A DNA stretch of 64,000 nt, taken from the sequence record NC_019405.1; one strand, 5' to 3'. Within the stretch, counting starts at the first letter, position 1, and every line of letters begins with the position of its first letter. The position numbers and the translations under genes are program-made. Below, one piece after another: positions 26,811-35,832 of the stretch. The notes beneath the pieces were generated by a model, which had not been told where the DNA came from, ran no database searches, and was given only the letters and a program-made list of their open reading frames with translations.

Positions 26811-27230
26811 ATGGCTTACGCAATTCCGGACCTGAGCACGTTCACGTTCCACGATCCCAAGGTCGAACGTTTCGCCAAGGCGATGATCTCGACGATCGAG
26901 ACCGCCCAGACCATCCTCACGGCCTTCGCCAACGATCTCGCCGACAATCCTCTTCAGGCGTTCGAGCATAGCTACGGCGCCAAGATGGCCGCCGCCCACA
27001 GGGACGTCGCCAAGGGGCTGCTCAACGAAGTCCTCGACGCGCTGCTGCACGGTCAGGACAAGACCTGGGCCTACATCGGCCAGGACCTGCGCGAGCGGCT
27101 GATGTATCGCGTGATCTACGCGGCCTCGAACCCGCCGCGCTCGACCAACGTCGAGGGCAACGACATGGCCCGCTTCGTCCTGCGCGCCGAGGCCGACATG
27201 CTCGACCGCATGACCAAGAGCCGCTTCTGA
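26811..27230 (+). CDS. hypothetical protein, 139 aa
   Basis: GAGGAGG SD after promoter. Confidence 0.75.
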   Translation: MAYAIPDLSTFTFHDPKVERFAKAMISTIETAQTILTAFANDLADNPLQAFEHSYGAKMAAAHRDVAKGLLNEVLDALLHGQDKTWAYIGQDLRERLMYRVIYAASNPPRSTNVEGNDMARFVLRAEADMLDRMTKSRF

Positions 27231-27544
27231 TGCGGATCGTCGACTTCGCGACGTTCGTGACGCTTCCGGCTGGGACCCTCTACCAGGAGATCGATCAGTA
27301 CGGGAGCCCCATCAGCGCCCTGGCGATCCGCCACGACGTGCTGTTCGACGGCGATCGCCCGTTCGACTTCATCTACGAGGAAATCCTCTACCAGACGGCC
27401 GACGGCTTCCTGGGCGACCCGCCGAAGCTGGCCGAGTTGGGGACCAAGCGCTGGGGGCTCTTCGATGACGAGACCCTGTTCATCGTCTACGAGACGCAGG
27501 ACCGCGCCCGGCTGGCCAAGATCATCCTGGGAGACGCCGCATGA
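27230..27544 (+). CDS. hypothetical protein, 104 aa
   Basis: TGATG coupling. Confidence 0.7.
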   Translation: MRIVDFATFVTLPAGTLYQEIDQYGSPISALAIRHDVLFDGDRPFDFIYEEILYQTADGFLGDPPKLAELGTKRWGLFDDETLFIVYETQDRARLAKIILGDAA

Positions 27545-27924
27545 AGCCGCTCGACGAACGCATCCGCGACGCGATCGACACCCCGCGCCCGGCCTGGATC
27601 GAGCGCGTCGGGAGCCGCTATCAGGTGATCACCAAGGGCGTGCTGTTCCCGAACACGCGCAATCCGGTCGGCAAGACCTGGAGCCTGAAGAGCGGCGCCC
27701 TGACCTACGTTCGCCAGCAATACCTCACCCTGCTGGAGGGCGACTGCCCGCTGCCCGCCCCGACCCAGGAAGAGCGCGACGCCTATCAGAACGAAGGGCG
27801 CGAGCGCCGCGCCGCCGTCGAGCAACTGTCGATGGAACTGGACCGGCCCTATGCCGAGGTCTGGCGCGCGGTCCGCAACCTGGAGGCCAAGGGCCTGATC
27901 CGTTTCGAGGAGGCTCGCCCATGA
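27541..27924 (+). CDS. hypothetical protein with C-terminal HTH-like segment, 127 aa
   Basis: VEQLSMELDRPYAEVWRAVRNLEAKGLI. Confidence 0.7.
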   Translation: MKPLDERIRDAIDTPRPAWIERVGSRYQVITKGVLFPNTRNPVGKTWSLKSGALTYVRQQYLTLLEGDCPLPAPTQEERDAYQNEGRERRAAVEQLSMELDRPYAEVWRAVRNLEAKGLIRFEEARP

Positions 27925-28142
27925 CGTCGCAGACCCAGAGAACCCTCATCCTGTCCGGCGTGGGCTTCTTCATCGGCTTCATGCTGGTGTTTGGCTTTAT
28001 GAGCGTCTCGCAGGCCTCCTACAACCGAGGCTATCGAGACGCCAAGGCCGACACGCGCCGGGACGAGCCCGCATGCTTTACCTCCCAGCGCTGCTACCTG
28101 GGCCAGGACGCCGACGGGCGGTGGTTCATCGAGCCGAAATAG
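27921..28142 (+). CDS. small membrane protein, 73 aa
   Basis: GAGGAGG SD, ATG 27921; one hydrophobic helix. Confidence 0.7.
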   Translation: MTSQTQRTLILSGVGFFIGFMLVFGFMSVSQASYNRGYRDAKADTRRDEPACFTSQRCYLGQDADGRWFIEPK

Positions 28143-28156
28143 TTGGCGTTCAAGTG

Positions 28157-28185
28157 TTGCCAAAGCTGATCTGATCAGCTAGAAC
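28157..28185 (+). promoter_or_regulatory. sigma70-type promoter cassette
   Basis: GTGTTGCCA-17-TAGAAC, ACGACAA at 28194-28200. Confidence 0.7.
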
Positions 28186-28221
28186 CCTCGCCGACGACAA
28201 CGCAAGAGGAGCCCCCGAGCC

Positions 28222-28602
28222 GTGGAACACCTGAACCGCGCCATCGACCCCCGCATCGGCTACCTGAACTCGGGCGTCTACTACGCCTTCGTCGACGGCT
28301 ACGACAAGCCCGAGACGCGGGGCACGCTAGAAGAGGTCGAGATCGCCCTGGGCCTGCGCGCTGCGAAGCCGGCTCCGACCAAGCGCATCGTCGCCGCCCA
28401 GCCGGCCGTCAAGACCTACTCGGTCCACATGCGGTTCGAATATCCGGGCTGGAGCTACGTCGACGGCATCACCTACGACGGTATGCTCGGCCGCACGAAG
28501 GCCGAAGCGATCCGCAACGCCCGCGCCGAGGCCTTTGCCGACGGTCACCTCGGCGTCGGCCAGGGCCGGGTGTGGTTCAAGGCCACGGAAGAGGACGCCT
28601 AG
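28222..28602 (+). CDS. hypothetical protein, 126 aa
   Basis: AGAGGAG SD, GTG start. Confidence 0.7.
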   Translation: MEHLNRAIDPRIGYLNSGVYYAFVDGYDKPETRGTLEEVEIALGLRAAKPAPTKRIVAAQPAVKTYSVHMRFEYPGWSYVDGITYDGMLGRTKAEAIRNARAEAFADGHLGVGQGRVWFKATEEDA

Positions 28603-28836
28603 ATGAGCCGCATCCGCGTCATCGACCGCGACGGGTTCATGCAGGGCTGGGTCGACGCCCGCGTCGGCCTTCCCACCTATTCCGGTCCCGTCACCCGCTG
28701 GACCGAGAAAGGCTCGTTCTGGACCACCGGCTCGGACGGCGAGGAGCGCCTGTGGAAGGCCGGCAACCACCAGCCCTGCGTCTACAGGAGCAAGCTCCGC
28801 AAGAGCGATATCATCCACGAGCGACGGGAGGGCTGA
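28603..28836 (+). CDS. hypothetical protein, 77 aa
   Basis: ATG directly after TAG. Confidence 0.7.
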   Translation: MSRIRVIDRDGFMQGWVDARVGLPTYSGPVTRWTEKGSFWTTGSDGEERLWKAGNHQPCVYRSKLRKSDIIHERREG

Positions 28837-28837
28837 C

Positions 28838-29155
28838 ATGGGCCTGCTGAGCATCTACCTGACCGGCGCGGCGCTCACCGGCGCGGCGACGGCCGTCTAT
28901 CTCTTCAAGGTCCGGGCTCCGGCGACCAAGGAGACCTACACCACCACCTGGGGCTATGTCGAAACCGACGACGTCAATGAGACCGGCAACCACCTGGGGG
29001 CGATCCTCCTGATGGCGGTCCTCTGGTTCCTCACCGTCCCGCTCGCGATCGTCATGGGCCTCTGGCATCTCCTGGTCCGCGCCATCGACAAGGCTTGGCG
29101 CCGCTGCACGCCGCGCCGCGAGAAGACGCACGTTGGCACCCATCGCTATCTGTGA
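28838..29155 (+). CDS. two-helix membrane protein, 105 aa
   Basis: two hydrophobic segments; GGGAGG SD. Confidence 0.7.
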   Translation: MGLLSIYLTGAALTGAATAVYLFKVRAPATKETYTTTWGYVETDDVNETGNHLGAILLMAVLWFLTVPLAIVMGLWHLLVRAIDKAWRRCTPRREKTHVGTHRYL

Positions 29156-29184
29156 TCGCCGCCAGCCCGGCTGGCTTCAGTGTG

Positions 29185-29213
29185 TTGACGGCGCGTCGAT
29201 CGCCCGCTAAGAA
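29185..29213 (+). promoter_or_regulatory. sigma70-type promoter (no ACGACAA element)
   Basis: GTGTTGACG-17-TAAGAA. Confidence 0.6.
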
Positions 29214-29271
29214 GGGCTGACGGTCACGCTCTGGCTGCATGAATTTTCAAGAGACAAAGGGCCTTAAGTCC

Positions 29272-31302
29272 ATGGATTTCCACGTCTTTAAGACGGCCGT
29301 CGCCAAGCAGTGGGCCGCGATGACCAAGGATGACGCGACCCTGTTCCGCGTCGACGTCGACAAGGACCTCCTGTGGTCGACCTACCTGAAGGCGTTCCCG
29401 GCTGGGACCGATCCGATCTTCCGCGAGCGCTCCGAGCACGACTGCTCGTGCTGCCGCAACTTCATCCGCAACGCCGGCGACGCCGTGGCGGTGGTCAACG
29501 GCCAGATCGTGACGATCTGGGATGGCAAGATCGAGGGCGAGCCGGCCTATCAGCAGGTCTCCCAGACCCTGGCGGCGCTGGTCCGCTCGCGCCCGGTGCG
29601 CGACATCTTCCTGCACGACCAGAAGACCATCGGGACCGACAAGAACGTCGAGACCATGCTGGGCGGCGACGTCACCTGGAACCACTTCTTCGTCAATGTC
29701 CCCTCGCGCTTCGTCAAGAAGGGCAAGGACATCCCGACCGCGCTCCACCTCCCGCGCACGGCGCAGGAAACGCTCCTGCGCGCCGTCAATGAGATCACCG
29801 ACGAGGCGATCGACACGGTGCTGGACCTGATCGCCCAGAACGCGCTCTATCGCGGCGCCGAGCACAAGGCGGCGGTGGTGGCGTTCCAGAAGGCCAAGAA
29901 GACCTTCGAGGGCCTGTCGGCCGCCGACAAGGCGCTGAAGGCTTGGGTCAACGTCGCCAGCGGCGAACTCTGGGGCTCGGTCTCGGGCATCCGGAGCACG
30001 GTGATCGGCTCGCTGCTGGTCGACCTGTCGGCCGATGTCGACCTGGAGGAGGCGGTCAAGAAGTTCGAGGCCAAGGTCGCGCCGTACAATTACAAGCGCA
30101 CGACCGCCCTGGTGACCAAGAAGCAGATCGAGAACGCCAAGAAGACGATCTCCGACCTGGGCCTGACCTCGGCCCTGGAGCGGCGCTACGCCGTCCTCAA
30201 GGACGTGTCGATCAACGACGTGCTGTTCGCCGACCGCGACGCCAAGTCGGTGATGAACGACGTCTTCGACGATCTGGCGGCCGACGTCGCCGAGAAGACC
30301 AAGTCCTATGATAAGGTCGAGGAGGTGTCGATCGACAAGTTCCTGGCCGACATCCTCCCGAGGGTGACGAGCGTCGAGGCCCTGGTCGAGAACCGCCTGA
30401 CGAGCAATTTCGTCAGCCTGATCGCGCCGGTCGATCCGACCGCCGGCTCCCTCTTCAAGTGGGGGAATAACTTCTCCTGGTCCTATGCCGGGGAGGTGGC
30501 GGACTCGATCAAGGCCCGCGTCAAGGCGGCCGGCGGCAACGTCACCGGCGATCTCTGCTGCCGTCTGGCGTGGTTCAACTATGACGACCTCGACTTCCAC
30601 ATGAAGGAGCCGGGCGGCAACCTGATCTACTTCCGCCAGAAGTCCTCGCCCTACACGGGCGGGCGCCTCGACGTCGACATGAACGCCGGCGGGGGCCATA
30701 CCCGCGAGCCGGTCGAGAACATCTTCTACGGCGACCGCCGGACGATGAAGGAAGGCGTCTACGAACTGATGGTCCATCAGTACAGCAAGCGCGAGTCCAG
30801 CAACGTCGGCTTCGAGGTGGAGATCGACTACCTGGGCTCGGTCACCCGCTACGCCTACACCACGGCCCTGCGCCAGGAGCAGGTCGTCAAGGTGGCGCAG
30901 TTCAAGTACAGCCACGCGCGCGGCATCGAGTTCATCTCCTCGCTCCCGGCCTCGTCGGCGAGCAAGGACGTCTGGGGCGTGAAGACCGAGACCTTCCGCA
31001 GGGTCAACGTCATCATGCTCTCGCCCAACCACTGGGAAGGCGAGCCGGGCGTGGGGAACAAGCACTGGTTCTTCATGCTGGACGGAGGCGTCAACGAGGA
31101 CGGCGCCCGTGGCTTCTACAACGAGTTCCTGAAGGATAGCCTCACGCCCCACCGTCGCGTCTTCGAGATGCTGGGGTCCAAGCTGAAGCCCGCGCCGGCG
31201 ACTGAACAACTCTCCGGCCTGGGCTTCTCCTCGACCAAGCGCGACGAACTCGTCGTGCGCGTCAAGGGGGCCTTCACGCGTACCCTCAAGATCAAATTCT
31301 AA
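29272..31302 (+). CDS. large phage protein with YfaP/DUF2135-like segment, 676 aa
   Basis: HDCSCCRNFI N-terminal Cys cluster; LAWFNYDDLDFHM.EPGG..IYF...GRLDVDMNAG...VENI; ATG 29239 is an alternative start. Confidence 0.7.
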   Translation: MDFHVFKTAVAKQWAAMTKDDATLFRVDVDKDLLWSTYLKAFPAGTDPIFRERSEHDCSCCRNFIRNAGDAVAVVNGQIVTIWDGKIEGEPAYQQVSQTLAALVRSRPVRDIFLHDQKTIGTDKNVETMLGGDVTWNHFFVNVPSRFVKKGKDIPTALHLPRTAQETLLRAVNEITDEAIDTVLDLIAQNALYRGAEHKAAVVAFQKAKKTFEGLSAADKALKAWVNVASGELWGSVSGIRSTVIGSLLVDLSADVDLEEAVKKFEAKVAPYNYKRTTALVTKKQIENAKKTISDLGLTSALERRYAVLKDVSINDVLFADRDAKSVMNDVFDDLAADVAEKTKSYDKVEEVSIDKFLADILPRVTSVEALVENRLTSNFVSLIAPVDPTAGSLFKWGNNFSWSYAGEVADSIKARVKAAGGNVTGDLCCRLAWFNYDDLDFHMKEPGGNLIYFRQKSSPYTGGRLDVDMNAGGGHTREPVENIFYGDRRTMKEGVYELMVHQYSKRESSNVGFEVEIDYLGSVTRYAYTTALRQEQVVKVAQFKYSHARGIEFISSLPASSASKDVWGVKTETFRRVNVIMLSPNHWEGEPGVGNKHWFFMLDGGVNEDGARGFYNEFLKDSLTPHRRVFEMLGSKLKPAPATEQLSGLGFSSTKRDELVVRVKGAFTRTLKIKF

Positions 31303-31321
31303 CGGAAGGACCTGAAAGACC

Positions 31322-31744
31322 ATGAGCACCGACCTCTTCGAGATCGCCGCGCGCGAGAAGTTCCGCTTCGAAAGCCCCAAGGGCCTCCTGGGCGTGGAAG
31401 AACTGTTCGACCTGCCACTGACCAGCACCGTCGCCGGCAAGGCCAACCTGAACGATATCGCCGTCGACCTGTTCAAGCAGATCAAGGACCTCGACAACAT
31501 CTCGTTCGTCACGCCCAAGAAGGTCGACCCCTCGATCGGCCAGCGCCTGGACATCGTCAAGCGGGTGATCGAGATCAAGCAGGCCGAGAACGCGGCCAAG
31601 CTGAAGACCGCCCAGGACAAGGAGACCCTGCGCATCCTCGACGAGGCGATCGCCGCCAAGAAGTCCGAGAAGATCGCCGGCACCTCGCTGGAAGACCTCG
31701 AAGCCCAGCGCGCGGCCCTGCTCTCGGGCGGCGCCTCCGCCTAA
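31322..31744 (+). CDS. hypothetical helical protein, 140 aa, likely partner of upstream gene
   Basis: LFE.A.R.KFRF....G.L.VEELFDLPL motif; coiled-coil C-terminus. Confidence 0.75.
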   Translation: MSTDLFEIAAREKFRFESPKGLLGVEELFDLPLTSTVAGKANLNDIAVDLFKQIKDLDNISFVTPKKVDPSIGQRLDIVKRVIEIKQAENAAKLKTAQDKETLRILDEAIAAKKSEKIAGTSLEDLEAQRAALLSGGASA

Positions 31745-31770
31745 GCCTTCGGGCGGGCTGACATAGGCGC

Positions 31771-31799
31771 TTGACAACACTCTCGCGCCAACATAGAAG
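31771..31799 (+). promoter_or_regulatory. sigma70-type promoter cassette
   Basis: TTGACA-17-TAGAAG, identical core to 17889 and 34257. Confidence 0.8.
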
Positions 31800-31831
31800 G
31801 GCCTCCGACGACAACGCCGGAGGCCCTTTTT
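31797..31831 (+). terminator. hairpin plus T-tract overlapping the promoter start and SD; possible terminator for upstream read-through
   Basis: AAGGGCCTCCG-ACGACAACGC-CGGAGGCCCTT followed by TTT. Confidence 0.5.
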
Positions 31832-31832
31832 C

Positions 31833-32285
31833 ATGCCTTATCCGATCCAGATCGATCCCATCATCCTCGCCCTCGGCAGCGCCTGGAAGGCGGCCGACGC
31901 CTTGGCGCTCGACCTGCGCCACAAGTGGTCCTGTGTCACCAATGACCGCAGCGCCTACGAGGCCTGGAAGATCGCCGACGACGTCCGCAACGCCGCCTTC
32001 AAGGCCATGACCTACGCCCTGCCCGATCCGGGCAGGCCGGTGTTCATCAGCCCGACCGACTGGCTGGCCGACAAGGACAACTGGCGCACCGAGTACGCGC
32101 CCGTCCGGGTCTGGAATGGCGCGGACCACTACAAGGACTGGTACCCGTGCCTGGGCCACTACGAGTTCAACGTTCGCACCGGCGAGCGCTTCTACCGTGG
32201 GGCCGAGATGTTCGACCGCTGCGTCGAGGAGGCCGCCCGGCGCAATGCCGAGTACGCGGCATACTACGCCAAGCAGGCCGCATGA
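31833..32285 (+). CDS. hypothetical protein, 150 aa
   Basis: GGAGG SD after promoter. Confidence 0.75.
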   Translation: MPYPIQIDPIILALGSAWKAADALALDLRHKWSCVTNDRSAYEAWKIADDVRNAAFKAMTYALPDPGRPVFISPTDWLADKDNWRTEYAPVRVWNGADHYKDWYPCLGHYEFNVRTGERFYRGAEMFDRCVEEAARRNAEYAAYYAKQAA

Positions 32286-32488
32286 CCGTCTCGCCCGAAC
32301 TCGCCGCGCTCCTGGATGAGCAGCCCAAGGACAGCCCTCAAGCGGTCACGGCCTGGATGGCGCGGAAACTGGCCGATCGCCTGATCGTGGCCGTCCGGAC
32401 GATGGACCGCCAGTCGGCCGATTACGAAGTCCAAGACGTCGCCGATGACCTGATCAAGCTCGCCAACATCGAAGAGTTCGGCGAATGA
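32282..32488 (+). CDS. hypothetical protein, 68 aa
   Basis: start moved to ATG 32282 (ATGA coupling). Confidence 0.7.
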   Translation: MTVSPELAALLDEQPKDSPQAVTAWMARKLADRLIVAVRTMDRQSADYEVQDVADDLIKLANIEEFGE

Positions 32489-32730
32489 AATCCGTCCAGG
32501 TCCAGCGCGGCAAGACCACCTACCACGTCACCTTCGACGAGGCTGGGCAGGTCTCGTCGATCATCGGCGTCGCGGTGGTCGGCAAGGTCCCGCGCTACAA
32601 GGGCGGCACGCGCCGCGTCACCTATTCCGGCGCCGGCAACGGCTGGCACGCCAGCGCCGGCCGTCCCATCCCCATGCAGCTTCGCCCGATCGCGGACGAG
32701 GCGTTCCAGATCAAGGAGGCCCAGACTTGA
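32485..32730 (+). CDS. hypothetical protein, 81 aa
   Basis: ATGA coupling. Confidence 0.7.
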   Translation: MKSVQVQRGKTTYHVTFDEAGQVSSIIGVAVVGKVPRYKGGTRRVTYSGAGNGWHASAGRPIPMQLRPIADEAFQIKEAQT

Positions 32731-33524
32731 GCGAGCTTTCCGCCCCGCACCAGCGGATCGTCAACAACGTGATCGACACGCTGGACCAACTCGTCTTTCG
32801 CAACGGCAAGCCGCCGATGAGCGGCGAGATGCCCGGCAACATCGCCGACCTCGACAGCATCGCCGACAACATTTCGGCCGTCCTGGCGGCGCTTCCGAGC
32901 AACGCCGATCTGCTGACGAAGTATCTCTTCATCGCGCAAGGGATGTTCCGTTCGCTGGTCAATTACGAGACGGTCTCGCCGGACGAACTGCGCCGGCTGG
33001 CGCATGGCCTGCGCCCGTTCCACGCGATCTCCTCGCGCCGAGGGCTCTCGCAGGGCGCCCAGCAGACCCTCGACTTCATGGTTGAGGGCCTGCGCTTCCT
33101 GGCGGAGAACGACTGCGAGCCCCCGTCAGGCGGCGAGCAGATGTACAACCGCATCTCGCTCCTGAGCCGCACCGGCTCGGACGCCAAGCGCCTGCGCCAG
33201 GAGGCCCCCAGCCTCGCCGTGGTGATCACCCAGGTCGAGGCCCTGTTCATCGACCTGTGGCACTATCGCCCCATCGCCCTGAAGGACGTCAAGGACGCCT
33301 TGGAGGCCCTGGCGCCGTTCCGCACCCCGGTCATCCCGATCGTCGCGACGCCCGCGCCGGCGCCAAAGCCCGCCAGCCGCCCGGTCTCAAAGGCCGAGGC
33401 CCTGGAACTGCTCGACCACATCGCGGTCACGGCCTCCACTCTGCGGATGCAGATGGGGCCGGCCAACGCCGACATCACGCTGGAGCGGATCAAGACGCTC
33501 GAAGCCTTCGTCAATCAGCAATAG
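32727..33524 (+). CDS. hypothetical helical protein, 265 aa
   Basis: AAGGAGG SD, TTG start. Confidence 0.7.
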   Translation: MSELSAPHQRIVNNVIDTLDQLVFRNGKPPMSGEMPGNIADLDSIADNISAVLAALPSNADLLTKYLFIAQGMFRSLVNYETVSPDELRRLAHGLRPFHAISSRRGLSQGAQQTLDFMVEGLRFLAENDCEPPSGGEQMYNRISLLSRTGSDAKRLRQEAPSLAVVITQVEALFIDLWHYRPIALKDVKDALEALAPFRTPVIPIVATPAPAPKPASRPVSKAEALELLDHIAVTASTLRMQMGPANADITLERIKTLEAFVNQQ

Positions 33525-33533
33525 GGGACCAGC

Positions 33534-33983
33534 ATGACCACTCCGCTCTGTCTGAACCCGGACGGCGCCGACTTCCAGGCCCAGGCCGTCCTCGCCCTGG
33601 TCCGCTTCATCATCGGCGACGACTTCGAGCCGTCCTGGAACGCCCAGAAGCAGGTCTTCGAGGGCGAGCCCCAGGTCGCCCGCTTCGATAGCCCTCGCTG
33701 CCACGGCTACGTGATCTGGCTGGTCGATCACCGCGCGGCGGCGTTCGGCGGCGAGGCCCGGCAGATCAACATCACCATCTACCAGCACGGGGTCAGCGAC
33801 GAGATCGTGATCAACGCGTGGCTGGGCGAGACCAACCGCTGGATGGTTCCGACCTATCACGACATGCCCGGCCTGGACCTGATGTACAAACACGTCACCT
33901 TCCGCTGCCTGGACGTCAAGTCGGCCGCCTACTTCGTCACCGACCTGATGCAGGAGTTCTGGGTCCAGGGGACCGGCGCGTGA
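33534..33983 (+). CDS. hypothetical protein, 149 aa
   Basis: SD plus ORF. Confidence 0.7.
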   Translation: MTTPLCLNPDGADFQAQAVLALVRFIIGDDFEPSWNAQKQVFEGEPQVARFDSPRCHGYVIWLVDHRAAAFGGEARQINITIYQHGVSDEIVINAWLGETNRWMVPTYHDMPGLDLMYKHVTFRCLDVKSAAYFVTDLMQEFWVQGTGA

Positions 33984-34282
33984 GCGACCACGACGCCTGC
34001 CTGACCAACTGGGTCCTCTGTGATGCGCCCGGCGGCGGATTGGTGGTGATCGGCGAGATCATGGCCGACAAGCGCGGGCGATGGCCGGACGGGCGGCTCA
34101 TCCACACCTCGCTCCTCCAGGACAAGGCCGAGGCGGTGGCGCCGGGCGCGGTGATCGCCACGCTCAACTCCCGCTACATCCTGGGTCGCAAGGCCAAGGA
34201 GATCACCGTCCGACACTTCGTCGGGGCGATGCTCGCCCGCGTCGCGATCAGGCCGCTTGACAACACTCTCGCGCCAACATAG
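33980..34282 (+). CDS. hypothetical phage protein, 100 aa
   Basis: GTG 33980 (GTGA coupling); G.I.AD.RGRWPDG..IHTS...TLNSRY; 3' end runs into promoter. Confidence 0.7.
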   Translation: MSDHDACLTNWVLCDAPGGGLVVIGEIMADKRGRWPDGRLIHTSLLQDKAEAVAPGAVIATLNSRYILGRKAKEITVRHFVGAMLARVAIRPLDNTLAPT

Positions 34283-34285
34283 AAG
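34257..34285 (+). promoter_or_regulatory. sigma70-type promoter cassette
   Basis: TTGACA-17-TAGAAG, ACGACAA at 34294-34300. Confidence 0.8.
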
Positions 34286-34349
34286 GGTCCTCGACGACAA
34301 CGGCTGTCCGAAATTTGTAGACAGATTTCGGACATAGAGGAGCACCCCG

Positions 34350-34733
34350 ATGGCCCAGCGCCTGAAGATCAAGGAAGTCGTGGTGGCGCAGCAGGACGCT
34401 GTCTACCACTGGCGTGGCGAGGAAGGCGACGAGTATCGGGTCATGAGCCTCGTTCACGTCCAGACCGTGGACGGCCGCTGGTTCCTGATGCCGGCCATGC
34501 GCCCCTTCACGCGCGCCGAGGAGGCCGCGTTCGACGAGGCTTGCGGGGAAATCCTGTTCGGGATGAAGACCCGCTACTCGGACCCGCAGGCGTTCGCCGA
34601 CATCGTCCGCGCCGCCGGCTCGATCGATCCTGATCTGTGGGTCGAGTACCAGCCCGACACCCGCACCATCGAAGAGCGCTTCCACGACGATTGGGTCGAG
34701 GAGCAGTTCGATCGCCAACGCTACGCCGCCTGA
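34350..34733 (+). CDS. hypothetical protein, 127 aa
   Basis: AGAGGAG SD. Confidence 0.75.
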   Translation: MAQRLKIKEVVVAQQDAVYHWRGEEGDEYRVMSLVHVQTVDGRWFLMPAMRPFTRAEEAAFDEACGEILFGMKTRYSDPQAFADIVRAAGSIDPDLWVEYQPDTRTIEERFHDDWVEEQFDRQRYAA

Positions 34734-34743
34734 GGAGGACCCG

Positions 34744-35211
34744 ATGAGCTACCAACAAGCCATGATGGACGCCCAGGCGGAGTTCCACGCCCGCGAGATG
34801 GACGTCAGCGACCGCGCCTGGGAGCGCTTCGTCAAGAAGCTGGAGGACGTCCTGGGCTTCGACATCGACGCCGACAACTCCGAGGAGGCCAAGGCCTTCT
34901 ACTGCGACATGGGCTACTCGCTCGACGAGACCTTCGAGATGTTCGACAAGGGCATGAGCGTCGAGCAGGCCCGCGTCGCCATCCTGCGCGGCGCCTATGA
35001 GGCCGCCGCCCGCGCCGCCGGCGTGGGCCTGGACGCCCTGGTCGAGGCCGAGAAGCGCGCGATCGCCTGCCGTGACGCCCTGCCCGAAAAGCGCAAGGTG
35101 GACCGCGAGCAATACGCCCACTACGCCGACCTGCTGGGCAAGATGATCGCCCGCATCCGCGAGGTCGGCGACGACTCGGGCGCGGCGCTTGAGAAGGCGT
35201 TCGGCCAATGA
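34744..35211 (+). CDS. hypothetical protein, 155 aa
   Basis: GAGGAGG SD. Confidence 0.75.
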   Translation: MSYQQAMMDAQAEFHAREMDVSDRAWERFVKKLEDVLGFDIDADNSEEAKAFYCDMGYSLDETFEMFDKGMSVEQARVAILRGAYEAAARAAGVGLDALVEAEKRAIACRDALPEKRKVDREQYAHYADLLGKMIARIREVGDDSGAALEKAFGQ

Positions 35212-35435
35212 GCGGCGGTCTCCACATGCGCCGGATCGATCACCCGCCGGGCCACGAGCTTCATGGCGTCACCGAGCGCGAGTTCGAGTGGTTCGGCAAG
35301 TCCTACCACGTGCGCAAGGAGTCTGGCGCCGTGCGGGTCTGGGTCCGCAAGAAGCGCGGGAGCCACTACCGCTTCCTGTCGCGCGACAGCGTGATCGCCG
35401 CCTGTGTGCGCCAAGCCTCGGGGCTCTTCCAATGA
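35208..35435 (+). CDS. hypothetical basic protein, 75 aa
   Basis: ATGA coupling. Confidence 0.65.
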   Translation: MSGGLHMRRIDHPPGHELHGVTEREFEWFGKSYHVRKESGAVRVWVRKKRGSHYRFLSRDSVIAACVRQASGLFQ

Positions 35436-35824
35436 GCCGCCCGTCGATCGCGGTGGTCGCCGCCACGCCCGCCCTGGCGCCCATGCACTGGGAGATCGTC
35501 GACCTCAAGGTCTGCGACGACAGCCGGGTCAAGCTGAACGGCGACGGGACGATGTACGCCCGCGCCGCCGATCCGACGGCGACGGGCTGGATCGGGTTCA
35601 AGATCGTCCTGGGATGCTTCGCCACCTTCGCCGACGCCTACGAGGCGCGCAACAAGGCCCGGTCCCTCTGGTTCAAGATGGGCGAGATGGTCGACATCGC
35701 CGCCGACACCGTGGCCGCCGCCGAACGCGCCCTGGCAGGCGCCCGCGCCGCCCACGCCCTGGCTGAAACCGCCCAGCGCGCCGCCACCCGCGAGCCGTTC
35801 CTCGGCACGCCCACCGACTACTAG
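35432..35824 (+). CDS. hypothetical protein, 130 aa
   Basis: start moved to ATG 35432. Confidence 0.65.
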   Translation: MSRPSIAVVAATPALAPMHWEIVDLKVCDDSRVKLNGDGTMYARAADPTATGWIGFKIVLGCFATFADAYEARNKARSLWFKMGEMVDIAADTVAAAERALAGARAAHALAETAQRAATREPFLGTPTDY

Positions 35825-35832
35825 GAGGTCCC

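Noticed and set aside
29224-31683. 819-aa minus-strand ORF
   Set aside because: Antisense shadow of 29272-31302 and 31322-31744
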